Shown piece after piece: positions 1 through 12,155 of a stretch of 64,000 nucleotides of DNA (positions within the stretch are counted from its first letter, which is position 1; every line of letters begins with the position of its first letter). A program made the position numbers and the translations under genes. The stretch comes from Octopus vulgaris. Lineage: Eukaryota. Where the stretch lies: NCBI GenBank assembly GCA_951406725.2, contig OX597821.1, positions 38,440,001 to 38,504,000 on the forward strand, given 5' to 3'. Below the pieces are notes generated by a model that did not search any database, was not told the DNA's origin, and saw nothing but the letters and a program-made list of their open reading frames with translations.

Positions 1-99
1 GTTCTATCGTCATCAGTTCTTCTCTGTTTCCATGTAAAATCAATTAACTTGCAGTAACGTAATCCATGCTGCTGTAAATAGTTAGCATGCAGAACTTAC

Positions 100-181
100 A
101 ATTCCTTGTAATTGATAATAATATAATAACACACGACTATGAATTTGCAAATGCGGAGAATCAGTATAAATGTCACCCTTT
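100..181 (-). other. Candidate exon (unassigned)
   Basis: Minus strand: long polypyrimidine tract with CTAAT, ...tatggcAG acceptor, 82-nt exon, GTAAGT donor; two frames open (e.g. KGDIYTDSPHLQIHSRVLLYYYQLQGI). No homology recognised. Confidence 0.2.
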
Positions 182-1075
182 CTGCCATAGAATCAAGGAG
201 TATAAATGAAGCGGAGAAAATTAGTTGAAAACAGAAATGAAAACAGGCTTAAAGTGTGTTCGTTAGTGAATACTGAAAGCGAATGTAAATGCCTCTTAAG
301 CTTCATGGTACATTTAAAGCATGTTGTTTAGCTGTAGTTTCAAATAGATGTGACAGCAATACTTCTAGATAAGATATTTGTCAATGCAAATAACATTAGA
401 TTCATATTCAGTGGGCGATGCTTTTATTCTTGATTTTTATATCGCCTTCATTTGATAGACAAAACCCAAGAATTAAGTACTGGTCATGTTAGTCGTTGAG
501 AGCTCCTCAAAGAATTAACTTGCTAACATTTATATTGGAATAAAGAGATATTTTATTGCCCATTTCACTCCTTGCCAAGAAATATTTTGATTAATTTCAC
601 AGTTCTGAAACGAACTGGGACCAGTAGAAACGAATATAACTCATAAAACATTGTAATTGTCTCTCCAACTTTCATGATTTTTTTTTGTTATTGTTTTAAA
701 TTAAACCAATGTTGACAAAACTCCTGCCACCGGGGCGAAGGTATTGGTGTAATGCAACGATAATGTATTTAAAAAGAGGGGTGTCGAAGAAGAAAACAAA
801 TGAAAAAATATAGAAAATATATCGAAGACATAATAAAAGAAATAGGAATGGAAATTAAACAAACAAAACAGCAAATAATATCGAAAACAAACATTCCCAA
901 AAGATTAATATTTAATAAGGAAAAAAAAAAACATTGAAGAAAAATTGGAATCATAGAAAAGAGAGAAATATTCTCAAAACAAGGAAACAATCATTGAAAA
1001 TATTGGAAAATACATTTGATTGAAACAATAAACTACTGTAAACAACAACAACAGCAAGAAAACTATACTAACTAC

Positions 1076-1123
<48 letters not shown>

Positions 1124-2087
1124 TATAATAATGAGGAGCTCATCGTTTCATTATAATTTACGCCACATATTTTCCAGTTCATTAAAAGCTCTGATAAAAA
1201 TGACTAAGTAGATGTTATCTATCAACTATGAAGCGCCATCTATCTAATGTCTTTTCATTGATTTCACTTACAAATATTAGTTTATTTCCTCCTTAAGTAT
1301 TTTAACTATCACAATAATTACAGTCACTAATTATAGCAGGTGGTGGTCTCCACGGGGGAAGGGGATGGCACTGGGATGGAGGGGTGCTGGTAGTAATAGC
1401 AGCAGCAGCAGCAGCAGCAATAACTACAGCTGACTAGTGATAGTTGTTGCTATTTAACTCCATGTTAGCAAAAACGGACCAACTTTCGTTCAAAGACATT
1501 CCAGCCTCGACCATCTCCGTTTCTTTTGCTGAAGACGCTGGGTATGATATTTGACAGGAATTTGGTGGCTACTTCTTACAAATCGAGGAAACTGATGAAT
1601 GACCCTTTTTTCCTGGAGCGACTACGTAGCAGTAGTAGTTGTAGTAGTTGTGGTAGTAATAGTAGTTGTGGTAGTAGTTGCAGCAGCAGCAGCAGTAGTA
1701 GTAGTAGTTATTGTTGTAATAGTGGTGGCAGCAACATTAATAAAAGAAAACCAAAAGAAGTTTGAGACAGTACAAGGTAGGTAGCGGAGGTGCATGATGG
1801 CCTTCACATCACCTTTGAAACTTATGTCTTTTGCCCTTCCAATATGTCATTAGTGATATCTTCAACTTTATAACTGATGACATTTCCCGTCACTCATGAA
1901 TCAGTTATGATGTCATCATTATTTTCTCTGACCACCTTTGAATCTCACCAATTGTCATTCAGGGCTAACGTCATCTGTGAAAGCAGTATCCTTCTTTTGT
2001 TCATCATTATCATCATCATCATCATCATCATCAAGGACTATTCATTTGGGTCATGTCCGCAACACTACCCTTTTAAAATAATTTACT

Positions 2088-2260
2088 GGAGGCGTAGGAG
2101 TGGCTGTGTGGTAAGTAGCTTGCTTACGAACCACATGGTTCCGGGTTCAGTCCCACTGCGTGGCACCTTGGGCGAGTGTCTTCTACTATAGCCTCTGGCT
2201 GACCAAAGCCTTGTGAGTGGATTTTGTAGACGGAAACTGAAAGAAGCCCGTCGTATATAT
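2088..2260 (+). mobile_element. tRNA-derived CORE-like SINE, 5' half (octopus family A)
   Basis: A-box-like GTGGCTGTGTGGTAAG, B-box-like GGTTCAGTCCC, CORE-like GCACCTTGGGCGAGTGTCTTCTACTATAGCCTC; homologous copies elsewhere in window. Confidence 0.85.
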
Positions 2261-2269
2261 GTATATATA

Positions 2270-2490
2270 TATATTGCTATTTTTCGGAATGGTCATTTTG
2301 CCAGTTTAGCCAATAAAAACACACGCACTATATATTTGGTGTTACTTTGCTTCAGTATTATTTATTTTTTACATTAATCTTAATCTTATTTCGGCCAGAG
2401 TTCTTTCGTCACACTCCTGTAACCGCATCAGTAGTCCTTTGTTTTCTTCTTTCTTATTTGTGTCTCTCCTTACTAACCGTCAGCCATTTT
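2270..2490 (-). mobile_element. Short Penelope-like repeat with degenerate hammerhead motif
   Basis: Minus strand ~2392-2438: GGACTA CTGATGCG GTTACA-GGAG-TGTGAC GAAA GAAC TC TGGCC (A9 mutated); starts at a (TA)n tract. Confidence 0.4.
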
Positions 2491-2689
2491 GTATTTCTAT
2501 TGTATGTCTTCATTTGCGCATGCTTATATATCTATATGCGTCTATGTTTATTTAGTGTGTGTGTGTGGATGCCTGTAATATTTGTATCTTCTGTTTATAT
2601 ACGTTCATGTAATTTGTTTTTGTTGTTGTTGTTTTTGTTTATTCTTATTTTGTTCATGTGTTTACATCAGCCACCATAAAAAAAGTATC

Positions 2690-3530
2690 TTGGCAACAAG
2701 TAGAAAGCCTGACCAGTGGATAGCATCATTCTATGTGAAGAGAAATTACAGACATTCCCGGTTTGGAATCGGTCCCTCTATCTAGCTTCCTGTGATCTAG
2801 CGGGTTGTGTACACACACCTTTTCACTTGTTGAGCTGCAAGCCTCTCGATTTGTCCAGGTTGATTTTTTTTCTTATGTTCCTGCCTCCTATTTTTTTTAG
2901 GGTGGTGTCGCCAATCACGACTTCTGCGTTCTCGAACACCTTTATGGTATCGAAGTTCACAGCTTTTCCTTGTCCCGTTGCAAACGTGATTCCCGACAAA
3001 AAAAGCTCAGTTTCCACAGTAATGGCTCGACAGTCGATACATAAAGAAGAAGAAGAGATCAAAGATACTCATAATGTGACCATCGAATAAATGAATTCGA
3101 TGTGACCATTTACTCGAACCACCAGGTAGATAAAATTGCACGTTAAAGTGTCCCAGCTTCAGAAAACGGGACTGCAACCATCTCCTTGGAGGATACCCTC
3201 CAAGTAACCATAGTGAACCCTTTTAAAATTATTTCGCTCATCCAAATCGACCAGAGCCCTAATAAGCGTAATTAGTTTCTCACCTCCCCATAATGTATCG
3301 GCATGAATCCCAGTTTATGGTGAATACCTACTCGGGGTCTAAAAGCTTGTACTTTCTCGCTTATACTACTGTCGACTTGAACCAACTTCTTTCCGAAAAC
3401 CTTGACCAAATTCTTAAATTTCGTCAGAGTTATGGACCAGAATTTATCAATAATGTTCCGTTTGATCTCGTTCTTCTTAATCAGTACTACAACTTCCAGA
3501 TTCAGTGAACTGAAAATTATCTTGTTATGC
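2690..3530 (+). pseudogene. Decayed coding-like segment, possibly non-LTR retrotransposon ORF1
   Basis: Non-repetitive ORF pieces 2716-3090 and 3293-3508 with protein-like composition separated by stops; weak resemblance to the ORF1 at 26121-27350; no diagnostic motif. Confidence 0.25.
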
Positions 3531-3845
3531 TATCAACTGCAGTAAATATTTATTGGTCAGACTCTCCAAACAACGTGTACCGCTTGACAACATTCGTATA
3601 TCATCAGTTGATGCTATTACAGCCATCACATCTACGCCTAAAACTATGTCAGGACTTTGAATGTGATTAGATTAAAGTAGTCTACCACTATCGCCAGCCC
3701 ACTCCTCGCCTTCAGCTGTTCAGCAAAGTACCGTTTATGCTTTCATTCAATCTTTTGCTTTTTTTTATTATACTACTGCTCACTGTTTACCTGTTTGTAA
3801 GTTCGAATGTCAATCACGTGCCATGAAAAAATATCTTACATATAA

Positions 3846-4052
3846 GGCGGCAAGCTGGATGAATGAGTAAGCACGTCCAGCAAAATGTTTAGCGGTATTT
3901 CGTCAGGCTTTGCGCTCTGAGTTCAAATTCCGCCGCAGCTGACTTCCAGGGCCGACAAAATAAGTACCAGTTTGATACTAGGGTCAACGTAATCGACTAG
4001 TATCCTTTCCCCGAAAATAGTGGCCTTGTGCCAAAATTCGAAACCAATATTA
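3846..4052 (+). mobile_element. tRNA-derived SINE (octopus family B, Meta-domain-like core)
   Basis: GGCGGCAAGCTGG head, GAGTTCAAATTCCGCC B-box, ...AAAATAAGTACCAG core, tail CCTTGTGCCAAAATTCGAAACCAATATT; same family as 15170-15968. Confidence 0.8.
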
Positions 4053-4854
4053 CTGTACACTGGTTACTGTGTTATATATATATATATATATTGAATGGAA
4101 AAATGCGAGCAAAAGAAATAATATTCTTTTATTCAAATAAAATATTTAGATTTAGAAAATATTAGATTTTATTAAAGCTAAAAATTTTATTACAAGTTAT
4201 TACTTCTATTTGTAATAACACAAAATATTTTTTGCACTTTAAAAACAATTCATTTTAAAATTATTGATTAATAATTAGAAATTTGAAAATAAGTTATAAA
4301 AAATAATAGTAGTTACATAATTAGTTAGTACAATAGATAGAATAATACAAAAATTATTAATATATTACAGTAAAATCTACCTATAACAACAAATTCACAG
4401 TAAAGTAATTGCCAAATCTTCACATTTCTACTCTTGACCCAATAATTATATTTTTATATAATGAATATATATACTATTCTACTTTGCATAGAACTTTAGT
4501 TATACTGGTACTTCTGGCTCTCGTTTTTCAACTATTCTAGTTTGTCAATATTTTAACAAAATGATGGTACTTCTTTTAATTATAATGTTACCTTGAAAAT
4601 TAAAATCACATAATTTTTAATATTCAAATTTTATCCTTAGCTGCTATATGTCCATTAAAAATGTTCTTATTCTGTACTTTACCAGATGTAATAACTTATC
4701 CTGAACTTTTCCAAGTGTAATAACTTATCCTGTGCTTTTATAGGTTTATAATCATAAGAATATTATTTCTCTTGCTCGCATTTTCTCATGTAACATATAT
4801 ATATATATATATAACAGTAACAGTATACAGTAATATTGGTTTCGAATTTTGGCA
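4029..4854. repeat. ~100-bp inverted duplication (4029-4128 / 4756-4854) around an AT-rich spacer
   Basis: Right arm reverse-complements to TGCCAAAATTCGAAACCAATATTACTGTATACTG...GAAAATGCGAGCAAGAGAAATAATATTCTT, matching the left arm with few differences. Confidence 0.9.
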
Positions 4855-4905
4855 AACAGACACACAAACAAACACACACGCACATATATATATACACACA
4901 TATAT

Positions 4906-4968
<63 letters not shown>

Positions 4969-4976
4969 CATACATA

Positions 4977-5119
4977 TACGATGGGCTTCTTTCAGTTTCC
5001 GCCTACCAAATCCACTCACAAGGTTTTGGTCGGTCCGAGGCTATAGTAGAAGATACTCTCCCAAGGTGCCACGGAAACATGTGGCTGGTTAGCAAGTTAC
5101 TTATCACACACCCACTCCT
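4977..5119 (-). mobile_element. CORE-like SINE family A, partial
   Basis: Reverse complement of 2088-2255 with an internal deletion. Confidence 0.8.
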
Positions 5120-5388
5120 AGGAGAAAGCCCGAGCGGCGTGCGAAGCCGGCAAGGGATCGAATCGGGGAAGGGGGTGCTGACTGGAACACTTCGGCTCCC
5201 TGCGTCTGTCATCGGGCTCTCTTTCAACCACCGTCCCCCATGCATCCTGGACGCCTCATGGGGCGCGAAGGTGGACCTAAGCGGTGAGCCCCCCCACGCC
5301 CCAACTACTCTTCATATATATATTTATGTATGTGTATATGTTTGTGTGTGTGACTATATATATTTATATGCGTGTACGTGTGTGTGTG

Positions 5389-5422
<34 letters not shown>

Positions 5423-5969
5423 TGTATGTATGTATGTATGTATGTATGTATCTATGTATATGTGTGTGAGAGAGAGAGAGGGAGAAAAAGAGAGAGAGAG
5501 AGAGAGAGAGAAAGAGCTTAAAATTTAAGAGGTTTCACTGGAGTAAATTTATAAAAAAAAAAGCAAAAGGATAACATGCTTTGAAACCTTTATCTTGAGA
5601 AAAGTTCTAACCAAAATACGTAAGCAGTTTCAATTGTAGACGTCAATAAGAGAAAGGAAAACAGTTGAAATAAAATTAATCTTTCATTATATCAATTTTG
5701 GAAGTTCAGACGAGGTTGTTACTTGGTCCACAAGAAGACTAGCCTCATGTGGATCAGAGGAAACCCAATTTATTTTGATACATTTTCCTTTCTCTTTTAG
5801 CATGAATAAGTTGGATTAAACAATTGTAACCGACAGCATATTTTCATAAACTTGCCAATATTTTCTTCTCAATTGTTCTCAATTTTTTCCTGTAGTTTTT
5901 AACCTATGTGAATGCAAATGCGTGTGTGTCTATGTATATGTTTATACAAGCATGTATAACTGTAATGCT

Positions 5970-6044
<75 letters not shown>

Positions 6045-6434
6045 GAGAGAGGCGAGAGTCAGAGAGATAAAGATAGAGAGAGTAGAGTTTCAACGGGAAG
6101 TTTGTATTTTTTCTGATGTTGAATTTCATAAATAAACAATTCTGCTACAAAAGATTCAACGCCGCCATTGAACTTTCTGGCATTTTATATTCCAAAAGAG
6201 AAAGCGAACATGCTATGGGAATTTAAATTTGTAATTCAAGCTTTATTTTAAACGCTACACTGATGAGAGTACATAGCAACACGGAAACCTGCATGTCTCT
6301 ATATTTTAGAAAAGTGAATCCATTTCTGGATGTTCATAATTCATCGTACATGGAACATGTGTGTCTTAGTATTAAGAGTAAGATTAAGATAAAAAGAATG
6401 GGACACTAATTAGATGGAATCCACGTATCGATAA

Positions 6435-6826
6435 CTAGCAGTATCGCCCGCTATTGCTCGGGTTTGTTTCGACCCTTTAGAATTGGAATTTTTGAAAAGT
6501 AAAAACATTGCATTATGTAGCTTGTTATTCTCTTTAAGTGAACATTTTTCTGGTTGAAATACACCGAAAAATGGCGACACAGCAGTCAAAAAATCGTAAA
6601 AATAGGGATTTTCATAGAAAAATAGTACCTTTTTGATGTAAATAATTTTTGGTCTTAACATGGTCCGATTTGAATTTTATCTTCTACGGAATGAAGAGCA
6701 AGCCTTTTTCTATCATACTCTCAATTTTGGTCAACTTGCGCCGCAGGGTCTCGGAGGAGATAGGGTTAGCTGAAGGTTACCAAACCTGCCATACACAGAC
6801 AACTTCAGCTTTATAATATAGAGAGA
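6435..6826 (-). mobile_element. Non-autonomous Helitron (family 2)
   Basis: Minus strand begins A|TCTCTCTATATTATAAAG and ends ACAAACCCGAGCAATAGCGGGCGATACTGCTAG|T: TC start, subterminal hairpin, CTAG end, A^T insertion site. Confidence 0.8.
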
Positions 6827-7104
6827 TGAGTCAATAATAGTAGCTATAACAGAAGAAATTTGTGTGCATGAGTGTATGCTTATATATAGGAGTATAGTGT
6901 ATGTGTGTGTGTGAGCTTACATGAATCTGTGCATACATTGAATCCAGTGAATGAGTTTTATCCGCGGGTCAGACTTGATCGATCAGAAATATGAAGAGAA
7001 CCGTTGCAGACGTGACCGTCCCGTCTTTTCTCACACCAAACCAATCCGGAGTTAATACCCCCCTCTATATACAGAGATATAGATTATAAACACGGTGCGT
7101 ATCT

Positions 7105-7295
7105 GTTATCTTTTACTTGTTCCAGTCATTAGACTGCAGCCACGCTAGGACACCACCTTGAGGAATCGATCCCAGGACTTACGTTTTAAAGCCTGATATT
7201 TATTCTATATTTCTCTTTCGCCGAACCGCTAGATTAAGGGGATACAAACACACCAACACTGGCTGTCAAACGTTGGTGGTGTGCAAACAAAGACT

Positions 7296-7358
<63 letters not shown>

Positions 7359-7447
7359 GTAGTAGAAATAAAGGACGCTTGCTCAAGGTGCCACGCAATA
7401 AATTTGAACCTGGATCCGTGTGGTTAGGAAACAAACTTCTTACCACG
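7105..7447 (-). mobile_element. CORE-like SINE family A with internal (CA)n
   Basis: Collinear with the near full-length copy at 56757-57176. Confidence 0.8.
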
Positions 7448-7449
7448 TA

Positions 7450-8194
7450 TGTATAATTTTGGAACCGGAGAGAGCGTTTTTCGTGATGACTCGACCAGAC
7501 ATTTTGACCCGTAGGGGCTGAATGAGGTACGTAAAGTGGCCGGGACAACCGAAATACTTCAGAATGGACCACATTGCAAATCTCGGTACGCTGCTGAAAG
7601 CCTTTTCTAAGTCCCAAAATATGAAAAGCAGTGGCTTCTCTCGGATCTTTTCTTGGAGAAGGCGGGTGTAAAAGACCATATCTATGATACCATGTCTGGG
7701 AGGAAACCGCGCGGTGACTCTGGATCAATTTCCTCAGCAACAACTATTAATCTTTCCATTGATACTGAGAATCGAGATGCCGCGATAGTTACCACAGACT
7801 GTCGGTCCACATCATATGTATGCCTCAAACACATCACCCCCGTCAACTCCTCTTTGCAGAGTTAGCCTCAGACACCAGACCGCGCGGAGCTCCCGAATTT
7901 CGTTTCTGAGACCAACTCAAGACCATTCTCATCCGCTGCTCCATTGGCCTAAATAACTAGGAGACAACTGCCAAGGACCGCTCAAAGTGATGGCTTGTCA
8001 TCGCCGAGGGAATGGTCTAGGTAGAAAAAAAAACAGACGGGAAGAGACAGTGATCAGACGTCGAAGACATAAAGTACAACTTGTATTTCCTCGTTCCCCG
8101 CCAACCCTTCCTTGCGATAAATGCCACCTTCTCATCTCTGTTGCTCTTTTTTGCATCAACTGTCTGGATGTTTTCCGTACTTGTCCCATTTTTG

Positions 8195-8200
<6 letters not shown>
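7450..8200 (-). mobile_element. RTE-clade LINE ORF fragment (RT N-terminal region), decayed
   Basis: Minus frames give CGNYRGISILSINGKI and DMVFYTRLLQEKIREKPLLFIFWDLEKAFSSVPRFAMWSILKYFGCP, matching RTE motifs (NYRGISLLS, DLEKAFD). Confidence 0.85.
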
Positions 8201-8255
<55 letters not shown>

Positions 8256-8295
8256 ATTATATATATATATATTTTATTATATATATATATATATA

Positions 8296-8680
8296 CTAGC
8301 AGTATCGCCCGGCGTTGCTCAGGTTTGTAAGGGAAATAACTATAAAGCATTTTTAGAGAGTTATAGCCAAAAAATAGCAAAAAAATGGAAAACAAATGAT
8401 GGTAAATTTTTTTTGAGAGTTAAAAAAGGTAGAGTTGCGTCCCCTAGACGGTCTGTGGTTTGGGTTTCTAATTCTCGACCCCATGTCGAATTTATCGATT
8501 TTTTTCAGAACTGGGGGAACTTTTCAAAATTTTCGCTGCGTTAGTTTTGAATTATGACATTGGGCTATGTGTGTGTCAAGTTTCATCAGAATCGGTTGAA
8601 AGCCGTGGTCAGGGTGAGGGTACGAGAAAACAGACACACAGAAACACGCACAGACAAACTGCCGTTTATATAGAGAGAGA
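8296..8680 (-). mobile_element. Non-autonomous Helitron (family 1)
   Basis: A|TCTCTCTCTATATAAACGG ... CCTGAGCAACGCCGGGCGATACTGCTAG|T on minus; near-identical to 41282-41664. Confidence 0.85.
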
Positions 8681-8698
8681 TATATGCATATATAGCTT

Positions 8699-9286
8699 CA
8701 GGACGTCACCAACGGTAAACAACCTGAAATACGAAAACAAATGAGTTCAATACGCAAATAACGAGAGAGAGAAATGGAAAACAAGACAAGTAACATAAAG
8801 AACGACCCTTCATCAGTTGTCGGCTGTCTATCTACCGGACATTGCATTGAACGACAATATGAGTCCTCGAAGATAGTTGCTCCCATAAGTACCAGAATAA
8901 AATTTGGGATTTATGGAGGGTCGAAGTATGGAACAAACCAGGACAGTGGAGACATACAAGGAAACCGAACGAAATCAAACATGGAGGATCGTTAGACGAG
9001 AAAGAGAGAAAAATAGCGATCACCTGGAGAAATATTTTCTTTGACAAGAGTAAAGATAGAAGAGAGAGATAGGATACGTCCAGGCTTTAGGACAGCCCTG
9101 AAAGAAAAGATGATCACGTGACGAAAAGAAAGATGGACGATGGTTACGTGTGAGCAACGAGAGAAGGAGAGAGAGAGTAAAGGAGAAAGGGGAGAGAGAG
9201 AGAGTAAAGGAGAAAGGGGGGAGAGAGAGAGAAAACGATAGGGAGAGAAAACAGTATAGAGTCACATCATTGTTGGTGACGTCCTG
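8699..9286. mobile_element. Non-autonomous element with perfect 15-bp terminal inverted repeats
   Basis: CAGGACGTCACCAAC (8699-8713) and GTTGGTGACGTCCTG (9272-9286); TA on right flank, TT on left; no ORF. Confidence 0.6.
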
Positions 9287-9298
9287 TACCCATATATG

Positions 9299-9374
<76 letters not shown>

Positions 9375-9456
9375 TATGTATGTATATATTAAACAATAAA
9401 GGTGAGAAAACGAAACTTCGAAATCACTAACAAACTTTTCCGTGTAATATTCTATA

Positions 9457-9506
<50 letters not shown>

Positions 9507-10290
9507 CGCACTTACGTATGTTTGTATTTATATTTTATGGCGTATAGCATATCCTGTCAAGATGTGGTTTTATATATATATATATATATATATATGTACA
9601 ATGTACACAAAGTATTCATTATTACGATTAAAAACATTTAAGCTACAACTTTTTAAAATAATAATAATAATAATGAGATATAAACTGTGAGCCATCTATG
9701 TTAGTGTTTTTTTCTTCTTTTTTTTTATTATGTCTCATCACTTTGAAGAAGCCGTTAGATGTGAGTGTATATAGCAACGAAGAACTGAGCGAAACCATAA
9801 GGAGCGGTTGTGAATGCAAAGTGGGGAAATACATGAAAAAGATGAAATAATGTATTGAAAGTGTAGAACAATAATAGTGAAGTGGAATGTGACGAATACG
9901 GAGAACATTAAAATCTGCAAAGTATGTGAGGAAATGCTTTGAAGTGTTGGCTCATGTGTGATTGCTGGCTCATCAAATATGAAATGCCTGAGTGGGCAGT
10001 TGGGGTAAAAGGAGTGGGCGGGAGATGCAGGGAGAAGTAAAAGCGAGAGTGCGCATGAGCAACAGGAAACTGCAACAGACAAAGCATTTCCTGAATTTTA
10101 TATGTGTGTACGTGTGTGTGTGTGTGTAGATACATGCACATATACATATATGTCTATCTGTGCGCGTATACACACAAACACATACATTAGCTTTAATGTA
10201 ATTGGTTAAGATTTTTTTAAACATAAAATTATATGTAAGACTAGCTAGCACCGCCCAAAACTTATGAAATAAAAAAAATTCTCTCACGGG

Positions 10291-10334
<44 letters not shown>

Positions 10335-10389
10335 GTAGTAGTAATAGTAATAATAATAATAATGGTGATGATGATGATGATGATTATGA

Positions 10390-10555
10390 TGGGGTTTTTT
10401 CTACTATACGCACAAGGCCCGAAGTTTTGAGGAAGGGAATAATACGATAATATCAACTTCAGTGGTATGACTGGTACCTATCCGAAAGGATGAAAGGCAT
10501 GGTCGACCTCAGCGGAATTTGAAGTCAGAGCGTAAAAACGGACGAAATGCCGCTA
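10390..10555 (-). mobile_element. SINE family B, partial
   Basis: CACAAGGCCCGAAGTTTTGAGG...GAAAGGATGAAAGGC..GTCGACCTCAGCGGAATTTGAA matches array units at 15170-15968. Confidence 0.8.
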
Positions 10556-10557
10556 TC

Positions 10558-10609
<52 letters not shown>

Positions 10610-10611
<2 letters not shown>

Positions 10612-10744
10612 CCATGTCGCGCACATATGGTTGTGATGCATGTGCCTGGTGTGCCCTTATCAGACGGGTAGTCATGATGGGTATATTGGGCTTCGTATAT
10701 TTTACCCCAGTGTCACTTTGATGGCATGAACTGCTCTCTCACTC

Positions 10745-10745
<1 letters not shown>
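10610..10745 (+). mobile_element. 3' end of non-coding (AAT)n-tailed repeat 'X'
   Basis: Matches 11440-11575 and 12090-12153; ends CTCTCTCACTC then (AAT)n. Confidence 0.75.
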
Positions 10746-10777
<32 letters not shown>

Positions 10778-10780
<3 letters not shown>

Positions 10781-11030
10781 GAAGTGCAAAAGATCGTCTT
10801 AACTGGTACATCACATGTATTGAGAAGAGCATTGTCGATGTGAGAATTGTTGCTGCTCATGTATTTTAATTTAATTTTTAAAAAAAATTAAAAAAATAAA
10901 AAAATGAACGAACTATTGAGTTTGGTGTAATGGCCTACCGATGTATACTATGAGTTTCTTTGCCCTAGGAGTCGGGAAGACACTCGGCAAGAAATGGAAG
11001 CAAATTTGAAAGAAGAAAAAAAAAAATAAT
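10778..11030 (+). mobile_element. R4/Dong-like (RLE) LINE 3' end
   Basis: KEVQKIVLTGTSHVLRRALSM* followed by a 3'UTR (GAGTTTCTTTGCCCTAGG...CACTCGGCAAGAAATGG) also seen at 47760-47840; flanked by (AAT)n. Confidence 0.75.
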
Positions 11031-11052
11031 AATAATAATAATAATAATAATA

Positions 11053-11575
11053 GGCTTCTGATCTTAACTGATTGGAAGTGTTATCGTGTACATTGTTTTG
11101 TCTCGGTATAAAAGATGGGCTACAGCAAATATTCTGCTCAATACTACAGATTTGCTTGTCAGTTGTTTGACCTTAACCAGTTGAGCATGTCCCTTAGTGG
11201 CTGACAATATGTGCACCTCTGACCACAAGTAGAAGTAGTGGGGGAGCATCATAGCTGTGTATTGAAATGAATTCTTGGAGGTTTGGATAATTCACCTCTG
11301 GAAACATGGGCGGTTCGTTCAGCATCCTTAAACAATCCTTATTCAGGGACCTTTTGAGCGGGATGGGTTACTCGACAAGAAGAAAATTCTAACTGGACCC
11401 CGCCTGCAAGGTCATGCGCTGTTTATCTTGATATGAGATCACCATGTCACATACATATGGCTAGGATGCATGTGCCTGGTGTACCCTTATCAAACTAGTA
11501 GTAATGATGGGTATAGAGGGCTCCTTATATTTTACCCCAGTGTCACTTTGATGGCATGCACTTTCTCTCACTCAA
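11053..11575 (+). mobile_element. Non-coding (AAT)n-embedded repeat 'X', long copy
   Basis: ~520-bp element between triplet-repeat tracts; 3' end repeated at 10610 and 12090, 5' part inverted at 47580-47730. Confidence 0.75.
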
Positions 11576-11591
11576 TCATAATGATAACAAC

Positions 11592-11645
<54 letters not shown>

Positions 11646-11672
11646 TGTAGTAGTAGTAGTAGTAGTAGTAGT

Positions 11673-11742
<70 letters not shown>

Positions 11743-11899
11743 AACCTCGGAATTAACCTTGAATAAGATGGGTCTTAAAACACTGCCACCAAACAAAGAA
11801 AATGGATCAAGCAGACCGCAAAAAGAAAAAAAACACAGAAAAAAACGGGCAGAAACAAACAGATAAGTGGAGAAGTTTATACCTTGAAGTCGAAATACT

Positions 11900-12155
11900 G
11901 ATGTAGAGCAAGCCACAACCGATCAGTAGCTGAGAAGTTCAGGACAGAAAGCAGCAGTGACTGAAGCTTTTATATTGGCGGCACAAGATCAAAGCTTGCT
12001 TACCAGAACCTACCAGGCTAACTTCTTCAAAACTGTTGTAACCCTAAATGCAGATTCTGCGACACGTTTGGTAAAACAATAGACCATCTCGGGTATACTG
12101 GGCTTCGTATATTTACACCAGTGTTACTTTGATGACATGCACTGCTCTCTCACTA
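11900..12155 (+). mobile_element. R4/Dong-like ORF fragment fused to repeat X tail
   Basis: TEAFILAAQDQSLLTRTYQAN (R4 AAQDQ motif) runs directly into GGGTATACTGGGCTTCGTATATTT...CTCTCTCACT. Confidence 0.7.

Noticed and set aside
1870-1910. CTGATGA within an ATAACTGA/TCAGTTAT hairpin as a hammerhead
   Set aside because: No correctly placed GAAA or stem II/III; simple short inverted repeat.
4752-5092. YIYIYI/VCVCVC/MYVC ORFs here and throughout (e.g. 43194-43763, 45511-46064, 53403-54212)
   Set aside because: Translations of (TA)n, (TG)n and (TATG)n microsatellites that lack stops in several frames; not genes.
11470-11916. Poly-V/poly-S/poly-Y ORFs (also 1526-1807, 20643-21003, 49681-49896)
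   Set aside because: Triplet microsatellites (AGT/AGC/AAT)n.
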